Positions 49,980-57,718 of a stretch of 64,000 nt of DNA are shown here, one piece after another. Made by a program: the position numbers and the translations under genes. The stretch is from contig JAFGCN010000027.1 of assembly GCA_016932615.1 (NCBI GenBank), positions 15,277 to 79,276 of the forward strand. The letters are read 5' to 3'. The notes under the pieces were generated by a model, which was given only the letters and a program-made list of their open reading frames with translations, made no database searches and was not told where the DNA came from. The number at the start of each line of letters is the position of its first letter. The first letter of the stretch is position 1. This DNA is from Candidatus Aenigmatarchaeota archaeon. GTDB lineage: Archaea > Aenigmatarchaeota > Aenigmatarchaeia > QMZS01.

Positions 49980-50600
49980 CTAATCCTGCCCCCGAAGGTT
50001 AATCAGGATCATCAGGATGTTTATGAACAGGTTTATGAAGTCGATGTAAAGCGCGGCAACTGCGGGGACATAATCCTCGTTTGGGTAGTTCTTCAAAATT
50101 GATGACATATCGTAGAGGACAAAGCCCGCGAAAAGAAGCGTGAAAAACGCGCTGATAATAAGGCCGTACCCGGTGAGCCCCAGGAAAGTTACCGCAAGGG
50201 ATGCGACAATTCCGAATATCAGGAGGACAAACAGCATCCCCCCAAGAAACGTGAAATCCTTCTTTGAAAAATACGCGTATCCGGCAAGCCCTGCAAAGAC
50301 AACTGTGGTTATGGCGAATGCCTGGAGTATCAGCCCCGGGTCAATGTATATAGCAAGCCCGAGAATTGGCGCCATAAGTGCGCCCATCAGAATGTTGAAG
50401 AAGTACAGAAGCGGCAGGCTTTTTGTCGAGTATATAGCGTACATTACCACAAAACCCATCAGGCCCAGGCCAAGGAGCACCCAGATGTTTGACAGGTATG
50501 GCAAAAGGAAAAGCAGCCCTATGAGAGAGCCTATTGTGCTCACTACGAGAGTTGTAGCAAAGAGAGGCATCACCTTCCTCTTGAAAACCTTCTGTTCCAT
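49980..50600 (-). CDS. Bax inhibitor-1/YccA family membrane protein
   Basis: KKDFTFLG, LYD, LYIDFINLF. Confidence 0.88.
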   Translation of the reverse strand: MEQKVFKRKVMPLFATTLVVSTIGSLIGLLFLLPYLSNIWVLLGLGLMGFVVMYAIYSTKSLPLLYFFNILMGALMAPILGLAIYIDPGLILQAFAITTVVFAGLAGYAYFSKKDFTFLGGMLFVLLIFGIVASLAVTFLGLTGYGLIISAFFTLLFAGFVLYDMSSILKNYPNEDYVPAVAALYIDFINLFINILMILINLRGQD

Positions 50601-50629
50601 AATATAAAATATAAATTTAGCGTAGGTGT

Positions 50630-51052
50630 ATGAAGGGCGCTTATGTTATTGTCCTCGAAGTTGAAAAAGACTGCTCGCTTGCCGTGGGGGCTTTAGGCGA
50701 ACTGCATTTCAGGAAAGGGATTTACCTGTATGTCGGCTCTGCGATGAACAATTTGGAAAAGCGGACTAGGCGGCACCTGAGAAAAGAGAAAACTCTGCGC
50801 TGGCACATAGATTACCTGACAGTTTCGCCTTTCGTAAATGTAAGAGCGGTTTACTTTCGGGAGTCCTCCCGAAAGGAGGAGTGCGAAATAGCAGGTCTTG
50901 TGGCAAAACACGGCACTCCTGTTATGGGGTTTGGCTGTTCTGACTGCCGGTGCCATAGCCACCTTTTTCAGGTAAGCGATGAGGAATTTTTGAAAGGTAC
51001 GATGAAACGATTCTTTGGCGCTCAAGACAGTAGGTTAACTCTGCCCTTTTAA
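50630..51052 (+). CDS. GIY-YIG nuclease (DUF123 family)
   Basis: G.Y, G.YLYVGSA, WHIDYL, GFGCSDC.C.SHL. Confidence 0.88.
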   Translation: MKGAYVIVLEVEKDCSLAVGALGELHFRKGIYLYVGSAMNNLEKRTRRHLRKEKTLRWHIDYLTVSPFVNVRAVYFRESSRKEECEIAGLVAKHGTPVMGFGCSDCRCHSHLFQVSDEEFLKGTMKRFFGAQDSRLTLPF

Positions 51053-51131
51053 ATATGCTTTCTACTTTTTCATAATTCTTGCGGCTACATTCTTGCATTT
51101 TGATTAAATATCTGGAGGGGTAAACGGCTCT

Positions 51132-51476
51132 ATGGGAGAAGCTATTGTTGAGAGGAGAGCGCTGTCCGAGTGCCCCGTTGGGAGATTGTCTTGTGGAGAC
51201 GTTGTCAATGCTTTGGAAGCCGGACGCTCCAGTCGGGAGATTCTGGACTTGGCCGGATGCTGCAAAGATTGTCCTGCTTACAGGGCTTCATCTGATGGGG
51301 CATGGTTGGGGTCTGGAGATAGCCGATACGTAAGAATGGGGGGCGATTGCGGATTTTGTGTGCCGGGCTGGAATGAGGCGCTGGGATTGGGTCCTGTGTG
51401 CCGCATCAAGGAGTGCGTGGATACTCTGGGAATGATATACCGAGGTGACGGAGCCAGTATAGCCCGCACGCCTTAA
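51132..51476 (+). CDS. Small Cys-rich hypothetical protein
   Basis: ORF only. Confidence 0.4.
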   Translation: MGEAIVERRALSECPVGRLSCGDVVNALEAGRSSREILDLAGCCKDCPAYRASSDGAWLGSGDSRYVRMGGDCGFCVPGWNEALGLGPVCRIKECVDTLGMIYRGDGASIARTP

Positions 51477-51557
51477 GGATGGCTCTTGGGCTTTTGTTTT
51501 GTCTTGTTTTGATATTTTCTGACAGAGCCGATGCTTTATTTTAATCCAAATTATATT

Positions 51558-51857
51558 GCGGGAGTGTCCGAGTCTGGCCAACGCTTTTTCTGCCTTTAAA
51601 TCCCATGAAGGAATGGGGCGGAATGATGGTTAAAGGAGCAGGACTTAAGAAATTAAGTTTGGAGCCGAAAAACGGCGATGACTGCCGAAAAAGCTCTTTT
51701 AAGAAATCCTGTGCGTTAGTCGCTGCGAGGGTGAATCTTTTTCTTTTGAAAAAGAAAAAGCTCCAGGACCAAAAAGAAAACAAATATTTCGCTTCGCGGA
51801 ATAATGCCTGAAGGTCGGGGAAGAAGATTTCCTTGAATTCGAATCCCTTCTCCCGCA
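51558..51857 (+). tRNA. tRNA-Leu(UAA) with three introns: 51582-51633 (D-loop), 51650-51705 (37/38), 51732-51837 (53/54)
   Basis: GCGGGAG/CTCCCGC acceptor + A73; CAGGA/TCCTG stem with CT-TAA-G|A loop; long V-arm; GAGGG/CCCTT with TTCGAAT; BHB-type central helices GGCC/GGTT, CTTA/TAAG, CGAG/CTTG with 3-nt bulges. Confidence 0.9.
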
Positions 51858-51876
51858 CATTTTTAAGGTCTGGCTT

Positions 51877-53259
51877 CTAGTTAAGCTTCTCTATGCAGCT
51901 TCCAAGCTGGAAAACTTTTCCTTCCTGCAAATGGTCGCCGATTATGTGAAGCCCTATTGGCATTCCTTCGCTTCTGCCGACAGGAACGGACAGGTGAGGC
52001 ACTCCGCAAAGGTTTGGCCCCACAGTCAGGATGTCCATTGCGTAGTGCTGGGCAGGCGTAAGCTCTGCGATGTCTGTGAACTTGGGAGCGACAATCGGCA
52101 TTGTGGGCGTAACGATGCAGTCGAACTTCTGGAAAGCAGACTTGAATTCCTTTATCAAATGTGCTCGGACCTTCAGGGCTTTAAGGTAATACTTGTCCCT
52201 GTAGCCGGATTTCCTGTAGAATGTCCCAAGAATGCACCTCCTTTTTGCCTCGAGCCCAAAGTACTTCCCGCGGACTTTCGAGAAAAACTCGTTGTACCCT
52301 CCTTCAATCTCAAGGGTTGAGCCGTACCTTATGCCGCAGAACTTGGCAAGGTTTGTAGATGCCTCGCTCATCGCGATTATGTAGTATGACGGAAGCGCAT
52401 ACTTTGTGGAAGCAAGGGAGAACTCTTCGTACTTTATCCCGGCAGACTCTAGCTTTTTTATCTGCCTCCAGATTTCCTGCTTAATCTCTTCATTGACACC
52501 CTCGAAATATTCTTTGGGAACGCCCACCCTCATTTTCGAGGGATCTTTTTCAAGAAAGCTCGTATAATCCTCATCTTTTCGGTTTATTGAGGTGGAATCC
52601 CTTTCGTCAAATCCGGCAATTTTCGATAGGCCCCATGCGGCCTCAAAGCAGTTTTTGCCGATTATGCCGACCTTGTCGAGGGAAGAGGCGTAGTCTATCA
52701 TTCCATATCTTGAAACCCTTCCGTATGTGGGTGTTATTCCGACCACTCCGCAAAAAGAGGCGGGGCAGGATATGGAGCCGCCGGTTGATTCTGCCATTGC
52801 AACGTGTGGCAGGTTCTGGAGTGCTGCAGTCAGGCATGCGGCGCCGCCCGAAGAGCCGCCGCAGCTTCTTCTGGGGTCAAGCGGGTTTTTGGGAACGCCG
52901 AAAGCGCAGTTCATGGAAAAAGTGCCAAAGCCAAACTCGTCCATTGCGGTCTTTCCTATGATGTAACCGAAGTTCTTTATTTTTTCAACCACGTGGGCGT
53001 CAAATGGGGGGACATAAGTTTCAAGTATCCTGCTCCCTGCGGTCGTCCTTATCCCGCTTGTGCAGAGGCAGTCCTTTACGGAAATTGGGACTCCTGGAAA
53101 GCTTTCCTTTGCGCCCATTTTCTCGCAGTGGCTTAGCGCTTCGTCTCTTGAAACTGTAATAAAGGGCCCGAATTTGCCCTGAATTCTGTCAACTTCCTTC
53201 CATATCTTTTCAAATACTTCCCCCTGGTTGGGGTTTTCGAGATATTCCTTAAGGTCCAT
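51877..53259 (-). CDS. gatA: Asp/Glu-tRNA amidotransferase subunit A
   Basis: KD, GGSSGG, STGGSI..PA amidase signature. Confidence 0.93.
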   Translation of the reverse strand: MDLKEYLENPNQGEVFEKIWKEVDRIQGKFGPFITVSRDEALSHCEKMGAKESFPGVPISVKDCLCTSGIRTTAGSRILETYVPPFDAHVVEKIKNFGYIIGKTAMDEFGFGTFSMNCAFGVPKNPLDPRRSCGGSSGGAACLTAALQNLPHVAMAESTGGSISCPASFCGVVGITPTYGRVSRYGMIDYASSLDKVGIIGKNCFEAAWGLSKIAGFDERDSTSINRKDEDYTSFLEKDPSKMRVGVPKEYFEGVNEEIKQEIWRQIKKLESAGIKYEEFSLASTKYALPSYYIIAMSEASTNLAKFCGIRYGSTLEIEGGYNEFFSKVRGKYFGLEAKRRCILGTFYRKSGYRDKYYLKALKVRAHLIKEFKSAFQKFDCIVTPTMPIVAPKFTDIAELTPAQHYAMDILTVGPNLCGVPHLSVPVGRSEGMPIGLHIIGDHLQEGKVFQLGSCIEKLN

Positions 53260-53385
53260 AAAATACCTAGATTTTATAAGGTTTTGAAAGTGCCGCGTTT
53301 TTCCTCTTTTTTTGCTTAAATACGCTCTTTGGGCTGCAGCCGGACCCCTGCTGAGCCATATTTAACATTTAGCCCTTCTTTCTAA

Positions 53386-53643
53386 ATGGGAAAAGCAATT
53401 CTTTGTTACGAAATAATGCCGGAAAGCATTGAGTCAGTTGACCTGGTGGAGGAAGGGCTCAAAAAGCTTAATCCCGGAAAAATCGAAAAAAAGCCGATTG
53501 CCTTCGGGCTCAGCGCATTTGAGGTGACCTTTATCATCGAGGATGCGGAAGGGGCTGCAGGCAACACCGACGAAATCGAGACAAACCTTGAGAAAGTAGA
53601 GGGAGTCGGCTCGGTGAAGAGCATGGGCGTAACCCTTGCTTAG
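53386..53643 (+). CDS. ef1b: Elongation factor 1-beta
   Basis: IMPES, PIAFGL, TDEIE...VEGV. Confidence 0.9.
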   Translation: MGKAILCYEIMPESIESVDLVEEGLKKLNPGKIEKKPIAFGLSAFEVTFIIEDAEGAAGNTDEIETNLEKVEGVGSVKSMGVTLA

Positions 53644-53668
53644 ACACAGTTTGCTGTTTGTTTTTGGC

Positions 53669-54040
53669 TTATATGATGCCCATTGATACTGACAGGGCAA
53701 GCTCGTGCTTTCTGAAGTAAAAATTCGCTTTTAGGGCTGCTTTTGGGTCCGGGCTTTTGCAATAAATTTCTCCAAGCGCAGAGTAGACGGGAACCAGACG
53801 ACGGGCCAGCTGGGGGTAGAAGTTCCAGTGTATGTCTGGATGAAGCTTTTCTGCCCTTTTGTTCGCGTCTTCGTAATTTTTCATTGCTCTCTCAAGGGCA
53901 CTAATTCTTTTGGACCCGTTCAGCCGTTTTGAAGCTTCATAGTCTTTGGCTCCGCTTACAATCAGTTATACCAGTTCCGGGTCTCTTTCAACCCAGAAGT
54001 CGTGGCTGTAAGCCGGGCCCAGATAACCCAATTCTGCCAT
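53669..54040 (-). pseudogene. Orphan ORF interrupted by in-frame TAA (53966-53968)
   Basis: MAELGYLGPAYSHDFWVERDPELV*LIVSGAKDYEASKRL...ERAM continues in frame into the 71-aa ORF. Confidence 0.5.
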
Positions 54041-54103
54041 GCATACCCTTAGGTTTTTTGGAATTTAAGTTTCTCAAGTATTGCTATTAAAACAAGTACA
54101 TTT

Positions 54104-54166
54104 AGATGACGAAAACAAAAAATTGAGCCGATTTCGGCGATGATTGGTGATGGGCGAACGGATACT
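54104..54166 (+). ncRNA. Candidate box C/D sRNA (predicted guide for 16S C1402, E. coli numbering)
   Basis: C ATGACGA 54106-12, D' TTGA 54123-26, GCCG/CGGC hairpin, C' ATGATTG 54140-46, guide TGATGGGCG, D CGGA 54159-62. Confidence 0.55.
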
Positions 54167-54265
54167 CTATTTTCTTTTTCTGGAACTTTGTACGTTTTTT
54201 GTAATGCTTTTGCCAGACAATCGTATTTTTTTCCAGCTTAAAAAAAAGCATTGCTTTCTCTAGTT

Positions 54266-54727
54266 ATGCCTTTCAGGAAAACTCTTCCCGGTTCTAACCT
54301 CTATCGTGGGGAGTTGCTCTTTTTCAAAGTACTGGAAGGATGCAACGGGGGAAGTTCAGGCAGATCGGATTATTCTGCTGTCTTGGATTTTCCGCCAAGT
54401 TACTTGATCTTTGCAGATGAGAATATACCGCAGATGCTGATAGCTGCAGTTGGCGAAAATGCTACGGCGCACAGGATTTCCAGTGTTGTCAGAGAAGAGC
54501 CTATTTTTGGGCTAAAGCGTCGTATGCTCGATATGGATATTGAAGATATCGCCTTTCTTTATGGAGGGGCTTATATACTTAGTTCTGACCGTGATTTTAG
54601 GAATTATCCTCGCAGAATTTACATCAAGCAAAGTTCCGTAGGATATAAAACGCCTCAACTGGAGAAAGACCTTCAGGTGGTTATGGAGCGCCTTTCCCAG
54701 GATTTTCCAGAATACTCTCCTAGATAG
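54266..54727 (+). CDS. PIN-like (DUF5615/Mut7-C-like) protein
   Basis: IFADENIP, D.EDI, ILSSDRDF. Confidence 0.55.
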   Translation: MPFRKTLPGSNLYRGELLFFKVLEGCNGGSSGRSDYSAVLDFPPSYLIFADENIPQMLIAAVGENATAHRISSVVREEPIFGLKRRMLDMDIEDIAFLYGGAYILSSDRDFRNYPRRIYIKQSSVGYKTPQLEKDLQVVMERLSQDFPEYSPR

Positions 54728-54763
54728 ATTATTGTTTTTTTTAAATAATTACTTTTTACTTTC

Positions 54764-55435
54764 ATGGGCACTGGACTTAGTAGCGTTAATTCTGGTCTTC
54801 CAGATAGGTTTCCAATCGGTCTTTGTTTGGACGAGAAAGGCCGGTATAGAGACACTTCTGTTTACTTGGAGATGCCAGAAACCCTTCTTCTTGGAAATGT
54901 TGAACAAATACGCTCAAGGAAGACTCGTGGTGGCAAAACTGGAACACAAATGTATCGGGATGCAGGTTCCTTGGAATTTAGCGCCTCCTCAGAACCGTAT
55001 AAAGAAGCTCATGATCTGCTATATTGTTATGCTGATCAACTGTCCCGTGAGATATTGACTCCGCCTAATGATCCACAGGAACACTTTCTTAAGGGGTATA
55101 TTCTTACAAATCTGGGCAAAAATCCTTCAGGCTCCAAAAGAAGGTCAGTTTTGGAGGTTCTTGAGAGAACTCCAAGAAGTACCAACCTGGAATTTTCCCT
55201 TGCGGTCTGCAATGCGTTTGAGGTATCTCCAGGAGTTTTTGTTGAGCTAGACACCCCTTATCCCAATTCAGTCAGGTATTTTGCTGAATTTCACATAGAA
55301 GCATCTCCTGGCGAGATAAGAGTTATCCCTGCAAGGATAAGGGATGCTGGTAGAGGAAGCGGAGAAAGCGAACTTGAATTTAATAAGGTAGTTTTAGCAC
55401 GATTTCTTTATGATTTTTCCAGGGCTCACCGGTAG
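54764..55435 (+). CDS. Hypothetical protein
   Basis: ORF only. Confidence 0.55.
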   Translation: MGTGLSSVNSGLPDRFPIGLCLDEKGRYRDTSVYLEMPETLLLGNVEQIRSRKTRGGKTGTQMYRDAGSLEFSASSEPYKEAHDLLYCYADQLSREILTPPNDPQEHFLKGYILTNLGKNPSGSKRRSVLEVLERTPRSTNLEFSLAVCNAFEVSPGVFVELDTPYPNSVRYFAEFHIEASPGEIRVIPARIRDAGRGSGESELEFNKVVLARFLYDFSRAHR

Positions 55436-55472
55436 ATCTGGCATTAATTGATTTAAATTCAAATAGAATTAC

Positions 55473-55623
55473 GCGGAGGTGGCAGAACAGCTATGCATCC
55501 GGCTGCAGTCCTACCCTTTCTTTGCAAAAGAAAGGCTGAGGTTCACCCAAAGAAAGCAGATTCCTGCTTCGCAGAAACAAAAGCGGTTACCGGACCAAGA
55601 GGGTGCGACTCCCTCCCTCCGCT
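55473..55623 (+). tRNA. tRNA-Cys(GCA) with 80-nt intron 55509-55588 at 37/38
   Basis: GCGGAGG/CCTCCGC + U73; TCCGG/CCGGA stem with CT-GCA-G|A; GAGGG/CCCTC T-arm; central helix CTGC/GCGG with AG|T and TT|A bulges. Confidence 0.9.
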
Positions 55624-55624
55624 G

Positions 55625-55707
55625 TCAGACCTTTTCTTTAGGAAAGAAAAGGGCCGACACCCCCAAAAGAACCCTATTCCTGCTTCGCAGGAATAACAGC
55701 GGTCTGA
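55625..55707 (+). repeat. Free-standing copy of the tRNA-intron-associated structured repeat
   Basis: Hairpin CCTTTTCTTT/AAAGAAAAGG, CCAAAAGAA, hairpin TATTCCTGC-TTC-GCAGGAATA, AGCGGT; can be closed by TCAGACC/GGTCTGA. Confidence 0.85.
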
Positions 55708-55733
55708 TAAGCGCAAGAGAAGCTATTGGCAGC

Positions 55734-56153
55734 TTAAGACACCTTTTTCCAAATAAGCCGTCCTTTTTGTTCGTGATCTATACCCTTGTTAACCCAAATG
55801 ACGCTTATATTTCCATTGGGCAGTATGTGCAAAGTATGTTCTCCCCAAGCGTTCAAATTTGAAGTAGGTCTCCAGTCATAAAATCCGGTAAGAACAGAAT
55901 TTCCAAGATATCTCAGGTGGCTTTCCCATTCAATCCCGTTACGTTCCCGACCTATTGCCTTAAAATCATTTCCGATTAAATGTACTACTCGTACCTTTCC
56001 ATTGTCGTGCACATAAGTACCAATAATATTTTTGAACTTTCTTTTTAGATAGCGTTTATCATAAAATTCACGCTTGAAGAGGACTATAACTGCTTCTGCA
56101 ATAAATGTGGCGATTATTCCAAGTAAGAATGCAATCGTAAAATCATTCTCCAT
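55734..56153 (-). CDS. AT-rich TM + beta-strand-rich protein (possibly S-2TMbeta/Cap15-like)
   Basis: N-terminal TM, then beta-rich domain (I.GTY...G.L.WKK); family assignment tentative. Confidence 0.5.
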   Translation of the reverse strand: MENDFTIAFLLGIIATFIAEAVIVLFKREFYDKRYLKRKFKNIIGTYVHDNGKVRVVHLIGNDFKAIGRERNGIEWESHLRYLGNSVLTGFYDWRPTSNLNAWGEHTLHILPNGNISVIWVNKGIDHEQKGRLIWKKVS

Positions 56154-56208
56154 AATTCTTTTTTGCAGAGTATATTCTAGGCGTTAATGGTGTTAGTCTG
56201 GCTTTAGA

Positions 56209-57645
56209 CTAAATCATATCCTTAATCATCTCCCTTATCCTTCCCGGTGACGCATGACGCCCGGATTTCTTCATCACCTGCCCGACGAGGTAGTTGAATG
56301 CCTCTTCATGCCCGTTCTCGTAGTCCCGAACCGCCTTTGCGTTGCCCCGTATGACGTCCCGGACATACTTTTCGAGCTGCTCTTCTTCCAGGGGCTTGTC
56401 AAGCTTCAGGTCTCGCAGAACATGGTCCGGCTCCCTTACCTTCTGCTTTTTGACGGCGTCGTAAACCATCTCCCTGATGACAAGCTCGGCAACATCGTCC
56501 ATTATCTTGTAATCCTGGAGCAGGTCGAGAAGCCTCCTCAGGTGCCTTATCTCGATTCCGCTGTCCTTAAGCGAAATGTTGTGGTAGTTGAGGGTCTTTT
56601 TCACGTATTTTGCAAGTATTGTCGCGGCTGGCTTTTCGCTGTGGGTTTCGCAAAGGTACTCGAAGTAATTTGCCATTTCGGGCTCCGTAAGAATTGTGTC
56701 AATAATCTCCTCAGAAATCGTGCCCATTTTCAGGTATCTCTTTTTCTTCAGGTCAGGAAGCTCCGGGAGGTTTGACTGGACCTTGTTAAGAAGCTCGTCA
56801 TCAATTTCCATGATGGGCAGGTCCGGCTCAAATATATATCCGTAGTCTTCCTCCTCTTCCTTTGCCCTGGCGCTTGTGGTGGTCTTGGTCTTCTCATTCC
56901 AGAGCCGGGTTTCCCTCTTTACTTCCTGCACGTTTTTCTGGCGTATTATCTCAAAGCTCAGGCTCTTTTCGACGTCCTTTATGCCGGAGATATTTTTGAT
57001 TTCAACCCTTTCGCCATCTTTTTTCTGCTCGACCATCCTTCCGAGGAATGGGTCGAAAACGTTTTCAAATCGGGTGACGGAAATGTTTGCGTCCATCCTC
57101 ATGCATCCCTCTTTTCTAAAGTCAGTTACGTAAAGGTATTCAATAATCTGCTGGAGCTTTTGCAGGAAAAGCCGCGCTTCGGCGGGGCTTGACAGGTCCG
57201 GCTCGGTCACTATCTCGACCAGGGGAGTTCCGGAGCGGTTGTAATCAAGAAGGCAGCAGTCATCTTTTCTTACAATCCTTGCAGGGTCTTCCTCGAGGTG
57301 AATGCCCCGGAGCCGAATCTCTTTGTTGTTGATTTTAACTGACCCACCTCTTGCAAGCTTTACCTCCTGCTGGGTAATCTGGTAATCCTTGGACAAGTCC
57401 GGGTAAAAGTAAGTTTTCCTCGAGAACAGAAATCTCCTGTTGAGGTTGCAGCCGAGGGCAAGTGCTATCTTTATGCCCTGCTCTATCGCTTTTTCGTTTA
57501 GCCGCGGCTTGGTTCCCGGAAAGCCGAGGCACACATCGCATACATTTGTGTTTGGCTCTGCGTTTTCGTTTGCGCAGGAGCAGAATAATTTTGAGCGCGT
57601 GTCTAGCTGCACATGGACTTCAAGCCCTATTCTTATGCCTTCCAT
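56209..57645 (-). CDS. gatB: Asp/Glu-tRNA amidotransferase subunit B
   Basis: IGLEVHVQL..KLFC, RKTYFYPD, LEED, DYNRSGTPLVEIVTEP, DANIS, EPDLP. Confidence 0.96.
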   Translation of the reverse strand: MEGIRIGLEVHVQLDTRSKLFCSCANENAEPNTNVCDVCLGFPGTKPRLNEKAIEQGIKIALALGCNLNRRFLFSRKTYFYPDLSKDYQITQQEVKLARGGSVKINNKEIRLRGIHLEEDPARIVRKDDCCLLDYNRSGTPLVEIVTEPDLSSPAEARLFLQKLQQIIEYLYVTDFRKEGCMRMDANISVTRFENVFDPFLGRMVEQKKDGERVEIKNISGIKDVEKSLSFEIIRQKNVQEVKRETRLWNEKTKTTTSARAKEEEEDYGYIFEPDLPIMEIDDELLNKVQSNLPELPDLKKKRYLKMGTISEEIIDTILTEPEMANYFEYLCETHSEKPAATILAKYVKKTLNYHNISLKDSGIEIRHLRRLLDLLQDYKIMDDVAELVIREMVYDAVKKQKVREPDHVLRDLKLDKPLEEEQLEKYVRDVIRGNAKAVRDYENGHEEAFNYLVGQVMKKSGRHASPGRIREMIKDMI

Positions 57646-57718
57646 AAAATAACCTATAGATATTTCTTATCCCTTTTTCCAGGCACTGTCGGATTATAAA
57701 TTCTCGCCTATATTCTTT

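Noticed and set aside
51541..51858. ORFs 51541..51858(-) and 51605..51811(+)
   Set aside because: They overlap the triple-intron tRNA-Leu and give low-complexity translations
46484..53968. TAA reassignment (alternative genetic code) suggested by two TAA-interrupted ORFs
   Set aside because: Many conserved genes (glyS, porB, secY, tyrS) end properly at TAA
55479..55862. ORFs 55479..55862 and 55493..55696
   Set aside because: They overlap tRNA-Cys and the structured repeat
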